A DNA stretch of 63,725 bases, filler included, from Trichomonas gallinae (lineage: Eukaryota), in assembly GCA_008369845.1 (NCBI GenBank). It is 10 parts of 10 records of this genome, joined end to end, with 100 filler letters (N's around TTAATTAATTAA, not from the genome) between each part and the next. Parts side by side here need not be neighbours in the genome. Positions count along the whole stretch, not along the records: positions 15,498 to 29,832 come from MRSU01000082.1; positions 29,933 to 44,043 come from MRSU01000083.1; 8 more parts are not named here. One strand, given 5' to 3'. Each line of letters starts with the position of its first letter. The first letter of the stretch is position 1. Made by a program: the position numbers and the translations under genes. Below, piece by piece: positions 20,417 through 31,029 of this stretch. The notes below the pieces were generated by a model. The model made no database searches. It was not told the DNA's origin and saw nothing but the letters and a program-made list of their open reading frames with translations.

Positions 20417-22786
20417 ATGATGAGGGGAAAGTGGAATCTGGGAGATCGCGAGTATAGATCCATTCGGATTCTCCTGATTCAGCTCCACCCGGAATGTTCA
20501 GACCCGACTGAGCAAGCTGATCGCTTCAGATTGCTCGTTCTGTCTCATTCAATTGCGTATTCTCACATTCCGGCCTTCTACTTGGATCAACCACCAGATT
20601 ACTTCCCCAGCACACAAAATACACCATGCGTGATCGTTTTTGATTTAGATGACAGTTTCGATTCATATAAATTGCCGAGTTATGCGATTTTCAAAGAACG
20701 ACAATGGGATCCAACACAGTTATTCAACGCAGAAATATCAAATCATCTCCAGAGATCGTTAGCTTTGCGATCTTACTACGAATATCGATCATACAGAACT
20801 TTATATTTTACATCTTTCATATTAATAACAGATTTTCCATTTACTATTGATCCGTTTATTCTATACCATATTCCAGTTCTTAGGAATGGAGCAATAACAA
20901 TTAGAACTAATATCCAAGGAAATTTAAATTTTATTCTCGATTATCCATACAAACCGAAAGAAAATACATACATACTCATTCCACCGCATGAACATGCCTT
21001 CAAAGTCATAGCTTCTGACTCGAAAGAAGCAATCGTTAAATATGTAGATTTATCAGAAAGAGTAATACAATGGAGAGAGACTCAATTCGTTTATATGAGC
21101 TCTCCAAACGTTTCCATAGGGAAATATTATACAGATAACCCAACGAAAACAATCAAAGCTACACAAGAAGTTGCAAAAGTTGAACAAAATAAATCGATTT
21201 GCAATTTCGATACTTTGAACATTCTAGACATCAAGCCAGGCGAGCTTGATGGATTCTTTGAGCGAAATTATGCTCAAAAATCAGAAGAATCTACAAAACC
21301 AAAACAAAATATTTCATATTCGATTGGATTTCCAGATTTGACCCCAAAAGACATCATTACAGACCTCATAGATAACCTTGATCAGCGCAAAGCAATTCTA
21401 AAAACACTCTCAACGCCAGAAATTTTCCCGGAACAACCACAAACGCTTACATTGCTTGTAGCGAGCTTTTTATCTACACACAGATTCGACTACGGCTTCG
21501 GATCAACATCACCGCCAGCAGGCACTGCAGATTTTGCAGAATATTCCGAATTTGACTATCAACACTTAGGAACGCCACAGGTTTGCGTACTGAAAGACAA
21601 TAGTGTCCACAAAGTCGATTCCACGCGCGCAATTTACGATTGGGACGAAAATCTTTACAGGCCAATTTCAGGACCGAAAAGCGCCAGTTTTGTTGTATTT
21701 TACGACCGCCAATTCGCAGAGTCAGACGTTAGGACGTTCTTTAACCAGTTAAAGAGCATTTACACGCAATTCAATTTCGGCGAATTATTCGAGTATCCTA
21801 AAGGCCAAGCATACTTCGCGTCGACACCAGACCAGATACCTCAGGCAGTAGAAACGTTTTTCAAGCAGAAAACTCAGACGCAGTTCCAAAACGAGCCGTT
21901 AATGACATTTATTGTCGGCGACCCAATATTTACTGCCGATTTCAATCCACATTCGATTGTTTCTTACATCAGACCTGCTGCAATTCACACAGCTGACACG
22001 ACTGAGATCAAGACAATCGCCTTCGTCGTCTACAGCAGAGTCAGAGTCTTCACGCCTCGACCTTTCGGCATGGTTTACCTCGCGAACAAAGAAATCGCTG
22101 CGTGCTTCTTCGGATACAGATACCAGCCGCCTCAATTTCTACTAAACGAGCAGGTGGACTTGGGAATGCACGTGTGCTGGGACTTGAGGGTAGGATTGAC
22201 GGCGTGGGTAGATGAAATCGGCGCAGTTATGCACGTTTTGCCTGTTTCTAATATAGACAGACTGTTTCAATTTTTAAGTGAGCAGACATCATTATTTAAT
22301 GCTTCAAAAGTTCGCATAACAATTTCAATTCTCGCCGAAGGAATTTCACAGGCATTACTCGATGAGCTTAAATTTAAGTCATCGCAGTTTAACTTGCCAG
22401 TGACTGTCTTCTCTGTATATCCATCATCAACAATACAGGTGACATTTCAAGAAGATTTTCTTGATGATGTAATTGTCTACTGCGATGTCGAAAATGTCGA
22501 AGAAGTTGTTTCTGATCCAGCAAGGCCTTACGCTACTTGCTTCGTTGTCTCCAAACAAGAGCAGCCTTATTCAATTTCGTTGTTCACTGAATCATATGAT
22601 CCGAGACTGACATTGTTCGAATATGCGCAGAACATGTCTCATTTATCATGGCTGTCAGTTAAGCCGACAATGGAAGGCCGCACGATTTCTTATCCGCCAC
22701 ATATGATGGCGTTGCTGAGAAAAGGAAACGGACCTGTTTCACAGATCAGCCAGCTTGAATTTTTGCCTTCTAAGGAAAAGATATAA
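20417..22786 (+). CDS. MED13: Probable Mediator CDK-module subunit Med13 (MID + MedPIWI), compact form
   Basis: WDENLYRPISGPKSASFVVF..VRTFFNQLKSIYTQFNFG, YQPPQFLL, MHVCW..AWVDEIG and terminal LSWLSVKPTMEGRTISYPPH correspond, in order, to conserved Med13 blocks as recalled; no HMM run. Confidence 0.72.
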   Translation: MMRGKWNLGDREYRSIRILLIQLHPECSDPTEQADRFRLLVLSHSIAYSHIPAFYLDQPPDYFPSTQNTPCVIVFDLDDSFDSYKLPSYAIFKERQWDPTQLFNAEISNHLQRSLALRSYYEYRSYRTLYFTSFILITDFPFTIDPFILYHIPVLRNGAITIRTNIQGNLNFILDYPYKPKENTYILIPPHEHAFKVIASDSKEAIVKYVDLSERVIQWRETQFVYMSSPNVSIGKYYTDNPTKTIKATQEVAKVEQNKSICNFDTLNILDIKPGELDGFFERNYAQKSEESTKPKQNISYSIGFPDLTPKDIITDLIDNLDQRKAILKTLSTPEIFPEQPQTLTLLVASFLSTHRFDYGFGSTSPPAGTADFAEYSEFDYQHLGTPQVCVLKDNSVHKVDSTRAIYDWDENLYRPISGPKSASFVVFYDRQFAESDVRTFFNQLKSIYTQFNFGELFEYPKGQAYFASTPDQIPQAVETFFKQKTQTQFQNEPLMTFIVGDPIFTADFNPHSIVSYIRPAAIHTADTTEIKTIAFVVYSRVRVFTPRPFGMVYLANKEIAACFFGYRYQPPQFLLNEQVDLGMHVCWDLRVGLTAWVDEIGAVMHVLPVSNIDRLFQFLSEQTSLFNASKVRITISILAEGISQALLDELKFKSSQFNLPVTVFSVYPSSTIQVTFQEDFLDDVIVYCDVENVEEVVSDPARPYATCFVVSKQEQPYSISLFTESYDPRLTLFEYAQNMSHLSWLSVKPTMEGRTISYPPHMMALLRKGNGPVSQISQLEFLPSKEKI

Positions 22787-23069
22787 ATTGTTTTAATATT
22801 TTTTATTAGCAAATTTATATTTTTTTTTCTATTTCAACAAGTCCTTATAATAATGCATATTTCTTGATAAGCACATCATTATGCCGCTTGTGTGCATAAA
22901 TGCGTCAATGATGAAATAAAAGAGAAATTCTGCAATGTGAAAAACGAAAATGATGAAACTTTTTTTGATTTGTTCAATCAAAGAAGGTGGAAATTGCTGC
23001 TATGATCAAGCAATCTCCAATAATTCTGACTGGAACAGATTTATCCTCAAAATTCCACATTTTGATAGC

Positions 23070-23217
23070 AATATAGCTCTGATTTATGCTTCATACAAAG
23101 GTGAACATTCCTGGAATAGATATCAGCGCAGATGATGTCATTGATGCTTTGATTCTTGCTTCGGTATATGGTCATCATGAAGTAGTCAAACTCTTCCTCA
23201 CCGTTCCTGGAATATGA
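23070..23217 (+). pseudogene. Ankyrin-repeat gene remnant
   Basis: NIALIYASYKG, then in another frame IPGIDISADDVIDALILASVYGHHEVVKLFLTVPGI* (23107-23217); same repeat type as 59622-60040. Confidence 0.7.
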
Positions 23218-23533
23218 CAATAATACTTCCCGAGATGAAGAAAATGCATCAGGAGATGGCAAATATGACCCACTCGATGACTATTGGAAGCTAAAATGAA
23301 TAATACTGCTATCTTAGATATAGATATAAAATTCATTTTAATTTTCGTATTTTGAAGTATTTTTCACTAACAAATCAGATATACTCTTACATATTAATTG
23401 AAACATAGATATTTCTCGCCAAAATTAGCATATTTCATTTTTGAGATTTTTAATTTTTGGATTCAGTAGACAAAATTATTATCATGATTGATGAATTTAT
23501 TATAATACTCACTAGAAAATCATAAATTTATAA

Positions 23534-24769
23534 ATGAGTTTTCAATTCACATCCTCTGGTCTAAAAAACATAAGCGAAGCACAGCAAATTGACATTAAAT
23601 TCAAAGATTGCGAGTACCATATTGGCATAATACGAGCACAGTTTCTTTCTAAAAAGATAAAACCTAATGACCAAGAATTTATTTTCCCATATGATGATAA
23701 ATATAAAGCATTCTCATATATTATCGAGTTATTAGATGGAGCAAAGTTAGAAATCCCAGATAGCGTAAAGATTCAACTTGGAATTTACGGAGAATTCCTC
23801 GAAAACGACGAATTGAAGGCAATTGCAAATACAATCGAACTTAATCCATCAAATTCAATACCAATTCTTAAAGACAAACTGAGTTGCAATTTTGATATTT
23901 CGAATGAAATTAAATATATCGCTTCGCACTTATTTGAGATGGATGAAGATGCTGTCAAATCATTGGATATCGAATCTCAATACTTAATATTTGTATCACC
24001 AGACGCTAGAATCGAAAACGAAAGCTGGAAATTTGGTTTAATCGCAGAGCGAGTTAGAGAAAGCGATGAATACATTAAACTATTTGAAACAGTAGACTTC
24101 TGTAAGATAAGCATGAATGAAAAGGAAGAGTTCCTTCAATTAGTTCCAATATCGAAATGCACACAAAATCTCTACGAAAAGCTTGTAAAATGCGTTTCAG
24201 CAAATACTGAAGTAAAAACAGCTCCAGTACAAAAAGTAGAAAAGGATGATGGTTGTTTTAAAGTAGAAGCTTCAGAAAATGGCTCATTAAAAGGAATAAT
24301 TAATTATTTGACCGAAAAGTGTGGAGGAAATGTACATAAGAAAGGTGTAGTTGATGTAACAAGTTCAAGCACATTCATTACATTTTCTCCAGACAACCTT
24401 TGCAATTACGATTCTCCGAGGATGTATCAATCATTAAATGAAGAGAATTCTTGGGTGAAATTTGACTTCAAGCAGTCTTCAGTGAAACTCTCAGCATACA
24501 CAATTGTCTCCAAAGACGGAAAAACCAATGATCATCATTTGAAATCTTGGGTTATTGAAGGTAGTAATGATGGTGAAGCTTGGACAAGTATCGATATTAA
24601 GAAAGATAATGTAGATCTCAATGGACCACTCCATAAAAAGACATTTGAAGTTGATAGTCAAGAATTCTTTTCAAAGATTCGTCTACGGATGACATCGGTC
24701 GCTCATTCTGGCTACTGGGCGCTAGCTGCATCAGCATTAGAGTTCTTTGGCTCACTAAAAGAAAATTAA
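23534..24769 (+). CDS. F5/8 type C domain protein (expanded trichomonad-type family)
   Basis: GIINYLTEKCGGNVH, NSWVKFDFK, YTI, HLKSWVIEGSNDGEAWTSID, LEFFG; Inr-like TCATA at 23520. Confidence 0.85.
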   Translation: MSFQFTSSGLKNISEAQQIDIKFKDCEYHIGIIRAQFLSKKIKPNDQEFIFPYDDKYKAFSYIIELLDGAKLEIPDSVKIQLGIYGEFLENDELKAIANTIELNPSNSIPILKDKLSCNFDISNEIKYIASHLFEMDEDAVKSLDIESQYLIFVSPDARIENESWKFGLIAERVRESDEYIKLFETVDFCKISMNEKEEFLQLVPISKCTQNLYEKLVKCVSANTEVKTAPVQKVEKDDGCFKVEASENGSLKGIINYLTEKCGGNVHKKGVVDVTSSSTFITFSPDNLCNYDSPRMYQSLNEENSWVKFDFKQSSVKLSAYTIVSKDGKTNDHHLKSWVIEGSNDGEAWTSIDIKKDNVDLNGPLHKKTFEVDSQEFFSKIRLRMTSVAHSGYWALAASALEFFGSLKEN

Positions 24770-25011
24770 AAATTTTGTACTCGTTTTATACAACTTCTGA
24801 CTTGTTATATATCATAGACATAGATTAATATAGCTATTTAGAAAGGTTTTGGGCTTAACTGACGAATAATTAAATTACGAGTGCATCGTTGGTTGGTGAA
24901 AAAGTCTTCAAATTTCGGCTATTGACTAAGAATATGTTTTATTTCTTCATGATAATAAAAATATTTTTTAATTGAGTCTGTGAATAAAAGTGACATTAAT
25001 CATTATTTTTG

Positions 25012-25317
25012 ATGAATGGCGAGAGCGAGTTCTTGATACGGGCAGCGAAGGATTGGATTAAGTCCATTTTCGGGGATGACTTGGATTCCTCTGTGCTCCT
25101 GAAAATCGCAACACATTTCTCCGATTGCATTGATGAGCCAATAGAAAACAGATATAGATACAAGAAGTCCATGATATATCTCTGGATTGGATTGCATTTC
25201 CCTGAATTGAGGAAGGTAAGTAGAGAATGTCCAATATCTGTTGATTACAAAAGTCAAAAGTCATTAATACAGATCTCAGAGCCACCTGTTTTATTATACG
25301 GAAGCCGCAGAATTTAA
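25012..25317 (+). CDS. Small hypothetical protein
   Basis: ATG at 25012 preceded by AAAGTGAC (24987-24994) and TCATT (25000); 101-aa helical-looking ORF. Confidence 0.55.
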   Translation: MNGESEFLIRAAKDWIKSIFGDDLDSSVLLKIATHFSDCIDEPIENRYRYKKSMIYLWIGLHFPELRKVSRECPISVDYKSQKSLIQISEPPVLLYGSRRI

Positions 25318-25973
25318 GTTATAGAAGTTTAACAGTGAATATTAAATATAGGAATAGCCAAATATAACAGTTATATCATGTATAATTTGTGGAACTTACA
25401 TCAAATAGCTTCCTGATGCATTTGTACTGCATTCCGATGCTATTTACACTGCAATTCTATTGCTTCATATATAATCTTGTTATTTTCCTTTTGTCCATAT
25501 TGAATATTCACTACCATTGTATTATATTTTTGTTTTTGTTATGCGTTTATTACTTAAAATAAACTTTTACATTTTAGTTTATTATTACAAAATATCATCT
25601 TGGCTATTAGTTATATTTCCAGATCAGATGCAGATGCATCGATTTAGCATGTTTATTTTGTATATAACGAATTCTAGACTATGTAAATCAGATAATCTTA
25701 TCAAATATAGCAGAATTAAACGTAATTATTTAAAAAATGCTTATTACTCGTTAATAGCATGTTAATGCATCATATAAAACGTTAATAATCAAACCACTCG
25801 AAAAAATTCGATTAGTTTTTTTGTAAATAGGTAGTTGACAGGTTTTAGCTATGTAAATATATTTATTAGATGCGTAGCTTTATCAATATAATGTTAAATA
25901 GGATATAGTAGTAGATACAGGCGATTTTAGGTCAGTGAGTTGTCACTTTTTGACACTTTTACTAATTAGTTTG

Positions 25974-26294
25974 TTAAAGTAAAATAAAAACAATTGTTGT
26001 TGCTGTAGTTGTAAACAAATTTTTGATCATTGTAAACTCTATAAATTTCAATGGTTTTATATAATCAAATGGAAATATTAGATCAAACTCATCACAAAAG
26101 ATTCTATCATATCGTGGTAATCTATGCTCAGGAGGGCACATATGTTCTGTTTTATGAATGAACTCAGTCCAAGTTTTGTTATTGTCAGAAACGGAAAATG
26201 TTCATTCCGTAGGATATATATCTCCAAGCGTTCTAAATACCATATTCGACTCAATTATTTTTGAATAAGGGAAGTATAATATAATGCTAGGATC
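25974..26294 (-). pseudogene. F5/8C-like domain pseudogene
   Basis: DPSIILYFP...IYPTE*TFSVSDNNKTWTE...LKFIEFTMIKN...IVFILL*; in-frame TGA at 26202-26204 where the family typically has Trp; no intact 5' end. Confidence 0.55.
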
Positions 26295-26560
26295 GGGCTT
26301 GATCTACTTAAAAATTTACATCAAACAAATTGTCAGAAATTATCATAATTATGAATCAATTATAGTCACTTCCTATGATTTTTTTCCTCATCTGTGTGCT
26401 ATAACTGTTCTAATGAGTTATTATAAAAAAATCAAAAAGACAAATTCGATTCAGCGGCATTAGTGTTTGCTTCGATTTTCAAACCTTCTTCAGTAAATGA
26501 GCTCAATATTTCAGTATATCAATTAGCAGACCTTATTTTCAAAGTATTATAAAAAAAATC

Positions 26561-27373
26561 TCAAACTACGTCAAAAAATATAAAAACAAAAAGTGAAAAT
26601 TTCATTCTATAATTAGAGGAACAATTGTAATCTGTCAAAATTTGGCATTTCCATTTGACCGGATCGATGATGAAGTAATTCAAATCTGAATCATCTTTAA
26701 ATGTATACCCAGCATATTTTACGTCGCTGTAGCAGTTTATAAATTTTATATTTGAAGTACCTTCTCTCAGCCGTGGATTTGCATTTATGAATATGCAATC
26801 AACAAATGTCATTTCTGCCGATGCCCAAAATTGAAATTCTCCATTAATACCATCAATCATATTACAATAATAATACGTTAAAGGGTGGATCGACGTTTCT
26901 GTTACATAAGAGTCATGACCATCATAACTACTCATAAACTTTACGATGGAACCAGTCACCGGATTCGGGAGAGATATCGATGAGCAGCCACTGATTCCGT
27001 AATTCGATGAACAGTTAATAAATCTAACGTCGCTCTTCATTGTATCCAACTGGAATGCACTATCCCCTGATTTTACATTATCAATGCCACATTGAGAAAT
27101 GCTAACTGATCGAATACTGCATTCAGAATTTTTATTAATAAATGCATTTCCATATTTTGTATTATCATGAGTCGAAACATAGCATTTTAAAAAATAACAA
27201 TCACTCATATCTATTTCAGTCCCGCCTGTATAAATTGCTCCACCTGAATTAACTGTGGAACAAAGGATAAAGAAACAATTATTTAATTTTAATTTCTTTC
27301 CATTTAATATTAATGCCCCGCCTATATTGGAGCTTGTAAATTCATTAAATAAAGAATAAGAGATACTACTCAT
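26561..27373 (-). CDS. Hypothetical protein with GGAI / beta-helix-like repeats and hydrophobic C-terminus
   Basis: GGALIL, GGAIY and Cys/Asn/Phe-rich repeats; tail FSLFVFIFF. Confidence 0.65.
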   Translation of the reverse strand: MSSISYSLFNEFTSSNIGGALILNGKKLKLNNCFFILCSTVNSGGAIYTGGTEIDMSDCYFLKCYVSTHDNTKYGNAFINKNSECSIRSVSISQCGIDNVKSGDSAFQLDTMKSDVRFINCSSNYGISGCSSISLPNPVTGSIVKFMSSYDGHDSYVTETSIHPLTYYYCNMIDGINGEFQFWASAEMTFVDCIFINANPRLREGTSNIKFINCYSDVKYAGYTFKDDSDLNYFIIDPVKWKCQILTDYNCSSNYRMKFSLFVFIFFDVV

Positions 27374-27847
27374 TCATTATCAAAATATTTATTTCATAAT
27401 TAAAAAAAATATTTAACCATTCTAAACTGTGATAATATTTCATTTGTATGCATTATCCTACTTGAATAATTCAGATTATACGCAAGTATCTGACGAAAAT
27501 AGAGGGGAGTAGGAAAGTGTTTAATTTATGTCACTTTTTGTCGGTTTGCCAAGCATAAAATTAATTTTATTCTATAAAAAATCTATTTATCCGCCTAGCG
27601 GTTTGGGTTGCCTAAATAAATTGATAACTATTACAAACGGAGATCTTTCAAGATTTGGATCAATTTGACGTCAAAATCCGTCAATTTGCCAAGTTTGATA
27701 AATTGTTTTAAATATATTCTTAATATAATATAAATAGAGATCATTATAAAATCAATATAAATCATATATCTGCAATGATACCAAATTCTAAATTGTTAAT
27801 AATTTTGTCATTTGATAAATTAATGAATAATACTAGGAAAAATGATT

Positions 27848-28535
27848 TCAAAATGCTATACATCGATTCGTTCATTCAATAATCAACATATCAAATTTAG
27901 TTTTTTGATTCGTAATAATAAATCCTTCACAACTATCAGTTTTATCAATGATGCAATTATAAACTAATTCATTTTTAAGTTTTTCAAAATAGCAACAATG
28001 CTGCATTGTTTTGTATTATTGAGTTTTGAATATATAGTTTAGTATTGTATTGGACATGCCCTCTTTCATCATTATTATTGACTAAATTTAGTTTCGAATA
28101 TACAATCATCGAAAAAGATCTCAAACCTCCACTTGATACCTTATTTCCAACGAAGTTAGAATTAATAATGTAGCCATTGGTATTAGAATGGCCACAGCAT
28201 GCCTCTGATAAAACATTGTTCGTGACATTATTTCCTTGAAAATATAAATTATTATCGTCAAAAACAAATGCATTTGCCGTATAGCGGGGATTGCGAATCG
28301 AGAAAAATAGCACCAACACCAACTTCGAGGTTCGTACAGCTTGTGCTTTTCGATAAGAATGATAAACTAACAGAGAGGTTGATTGAGCTTGAAGTAATAA
28401 ATATAGCGCGGTCTGAAAGTTCATTAAAATAGCAGCAATAAAGGTCCATATTGTTGCTTGTAGCAAATGATGGGTTATGCCCTCTTGTTTGGCATCATTC
28501 GATTTGAAGAATGTTTCCCATACATCATTTGGCAC
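27848..28535 (-). pseudogene. Frameshifted tandem duplicate of the 28591-29496 gene
   Basis: VWETFFKS, MDLYCCYF..LSDRAIFITS, NAFV..YFQ.NN.TNNVL.E.CCGH, CYFEKL.NEL and NC.ID..D.C..F.ITNQK.KF shared with the neighbour but split across frames, with a large internal deletion and stops. Confidence 0.85.
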
Positions 28536-28590
28536 TTCATTGCTGCTATGAAGCTACCAATATATCGATAAAATTATCTATAAAATAATC

Positions 28591-29496
28591 TCATAGAATA
28601 ATGAATGGAGTAATATAAAGTATATTAATGTGGTAAGTATTTCTATAGTTCAATGTCATGCATTGTATTGTATGTTCAATGTTCAATGTGTTAAATTTAC
28701 TCTTTTGGTTTGTAATTACAAATTCTTGGCATGTGTCATTTTGATCGATAGTACAGTTGCAAATATATAGGAGCTCATTTGCGAGTTTTTCAAAATAACA
28801 ATTTGCTGTATTATTAAATACTATCGAGTCTTGCAAATACGCCTCTTTTCTATACTGAACAAGTCCTCTTGAGTTAATATTATTTTCTATTAAATTTACT
28901 CGAGATATCACAATTGGGTTATAAATTCTCAGTCCTATTCGTTCTGTTGCATTGTTGCCTACAAAATTTGTATACGCTATATATCCGTTCGCATTTATAT
29001 GGCCACAGCACACTTCTGTTAGGACATTGTTTGTGATGTTATTGTCTTGAAAATATGCTGATTGGAAATCACATACAAAAGCATTAATAAACTGCAATGT
29101 TATTTGATCTGAGCCACATTGATCAATTGAGTTTCCGACAATTTTTTTAGTCATTGATTGCCGAACTCTAAATGATTGACCACCTGTGGCTGTAGAGTTA
29201 TTAATTTTACAATAAATGAATGTATTTTGGTATAATACAATGTTCTTAGTACTATTAAAAAAGACTGCGCCTCCTCCATTGTCAACCTCATTGTTTCCAG
29301 TAATATTCATGAAAAGTGAACAGCCGACTGAAAGATTGATTGTTGGAGAAGTAATGAAAATAGCACGATCTGATAAATGCATGAAATAGCAGCAATAAAG
29401 ATCCATATTATTGCTGATCGTAAAAGATGGATTAATTCCTTTGGTAGTGTTAGTATCTTTTGATTTGAAGAATGTTTCCCAGACATTGATTGGCAA
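28591..29496 (-). CDS. Hypothetical beta-helix-like protein (start codon unresolved)
   Basis: Open ~300 codons with GGGAVFF and N-rich repeats; ORF begins at TTG, first in-frame ATG about 27 codons in. Confidence 0.6.
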   Translation of the reverse strand: MPINVWETFFKSKDTNTTKGINPSFTISNNMDLYCCYFMHLSDRAIFITSPTINLSVGCSLFMNITGNNEVDNGGGAVFFNSTKNIVLYQNTFIYCKINNSTATGGQSFRVRQSMTKKIVGNSIDQCGSDQITLQFINAFVCDFQSAYFQDNNITNNVLTEVCCGHINANGYIAYTNFVGNNATERIGLRIYNPIVISRVNLIENNINSRGLVQYRKEAYLQDSIVFNNTANCYFEKLANELLYICNCTIDQNDTCQEFVITNQKSKFNTLNIEHTIQCMTLNYRNTYHINILYITPFIIL

Positions 29497-29760
29497 ATTG
29501 TTAGTTGAATCTTAATTTTCAGTCACTCATATAAAATATAAAACGTAAAAGAAAGGTTAATTTTATTTCAAAAAGGTTTAATTTTGTACCACTTTTCACC
29601 ACTATCCAATTTTGAGAGAGATGATTCCCAAATTGCTGGGTGAATTTCAAATTTCATTCATTCACATAAAATATAAAACGTAAATCAAAAGGTTAATTCA
29701 CCTTAAACTAATCAACATTCTAAACATATCATATATTAATATTTTTTGAAAAAATGTGAA

Positions 29761-29831
29761 GCACCGCTGGTCTAATGGTAGAATTTCACCTTGCCAAGGT
29801 GGGGGTCCGGGTTCGATTCCCGGGCGGTGCA
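29761..29831 (+). tRNA. tRNA-Gly (GCC)
   Basis: Acceptor GCACCGC/GCGGTGC, D-loop AATGGTA, anticodon stem TCACC/GGTGG with loop TTGCCAA, T-arm CCGGGTTCGATTCCCGG; 71 nt, at contig end. Confidence 0.97.
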
Positions 29832-30440
29832 ANNNNNNNNNNNNNNNNNNNNNNNNNNNNNNNNNNNNNNNNNNNNTTAATTAATTAANNNNNNNNNNNN
29901 NNNNNNNNNNNNNNNNNNNNNNNNNNNNNNNNGCAAAGTAGGAATTCGATATCGAAAAACATTATTACGTGAAGATGCAAACCAATACAATTGCATGGGA
30001 ATATTTTGTGCCGTCTCACAAAGTTCTAGTTAATTGTTTTATTTAGAGAAAAAGAAATAATCATTAGTTTTCGCAGCAAGCTGTATTTTAATAAATCAAT
30101 GGATAAGAAATCAACTTAATATTGATAATATTATAATTAAATATGTATTAAGATATTAAAATCATTTTCATGAAGACATGGATCTGCTGCAGTCTATTTC
30201 TTGCAAAATCAGTGAAAATTCCTTTAGATACAAAGCATTGTAGAAATATCAATATCTACTTGAACTTTGAGCTTAATCAACTGATTTATTTACACAAGTT
30301 GCAGTTTGTGATATAATTGTTTGAAAATTGCATTGCAACACAGGTATGTAAATTAGCATAGCAAGATCTCCTGAAATAACAATTGCATCAATTTTAGAAT
30401 ATTCGCATGAAGAAAGAAAATTGTTTTCATGCAAATAATG

Positions 30441-30577
30441 CTCATTGGATGTCTGCTGGCACAGCAATGATCGCAGCTCAGATGGTTGCCGAAAGACTCG
30501 ACGAAAATGTTGTTGTCGTCCTCTTAGCAGATTGTGGCGAGAAGTACTTTTCAACAAAGTAATTTGCCTGTGAGTAA
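30441..30577 (+). pseudogene. Cysteine synthase (CysK/CysM-type) C-terminal remnant
   Basis: LIG, frameshift, then MSAGTAMIAAQMVAERLDENVVVVLLADCGEKYFSTK*FACE*, matching the G.SSG...AA...A...VV.IL.D.GE.Y.ST..F terminus of the family. Confidence 0.7.
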
Positions 30578-31029
30578 ATTAAAATCTTCATCTTTTTTCT
30601 AAACTCATATGAGTAAATCTTTACTTATATGATCGAATGAAAAATGTTTTGCTGCTCAAAATATTAACTTACAACTCTCAATGAAAGTACTATAATAGGG
30701 TATTCAAAATGGGCGAAAATTCATTGAAGTAAACAAATTAGTAATACTGCTAAAGCATTATTCAATGACAGCAGAATTATTATCATATCTTATTCATTTA
30801 TTACTAACGAGTCAGCAGAACTTTAATTCTACACAATTTTATATAATGCTTAAACTTTATAAAAACAAATCATAACAACTCTGAATCACTAAATTAATCA
30901 TTGGGTCAGGGTGAGATACTTTTTTTTTTGACAAAATCTTTATTCGGTTAAAGGTGCACCTTAAGTAAATATATAAATGGAGATTCTCACATATATTTTC
31001 TGAATTATTTGAATTAGCATTTTATTTTG

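Noticed and set aside
29490..29510. Minus-strand ACTAAC as an intron branch site explaining the missing ATG
   Set aside because: Not followed by the closely spaced AG acceptor expected for trichomonad introns; no donor found
30273..30557. 94-aa minus-strand ORF
   Set aside because: Non-ATG start; antisense to the cysteine synthase remnant
30948..30964. TTAAAGGTGCACCTTAA palindrome as a transposon footprint
   Set aside because: Too short to distinguish from chance
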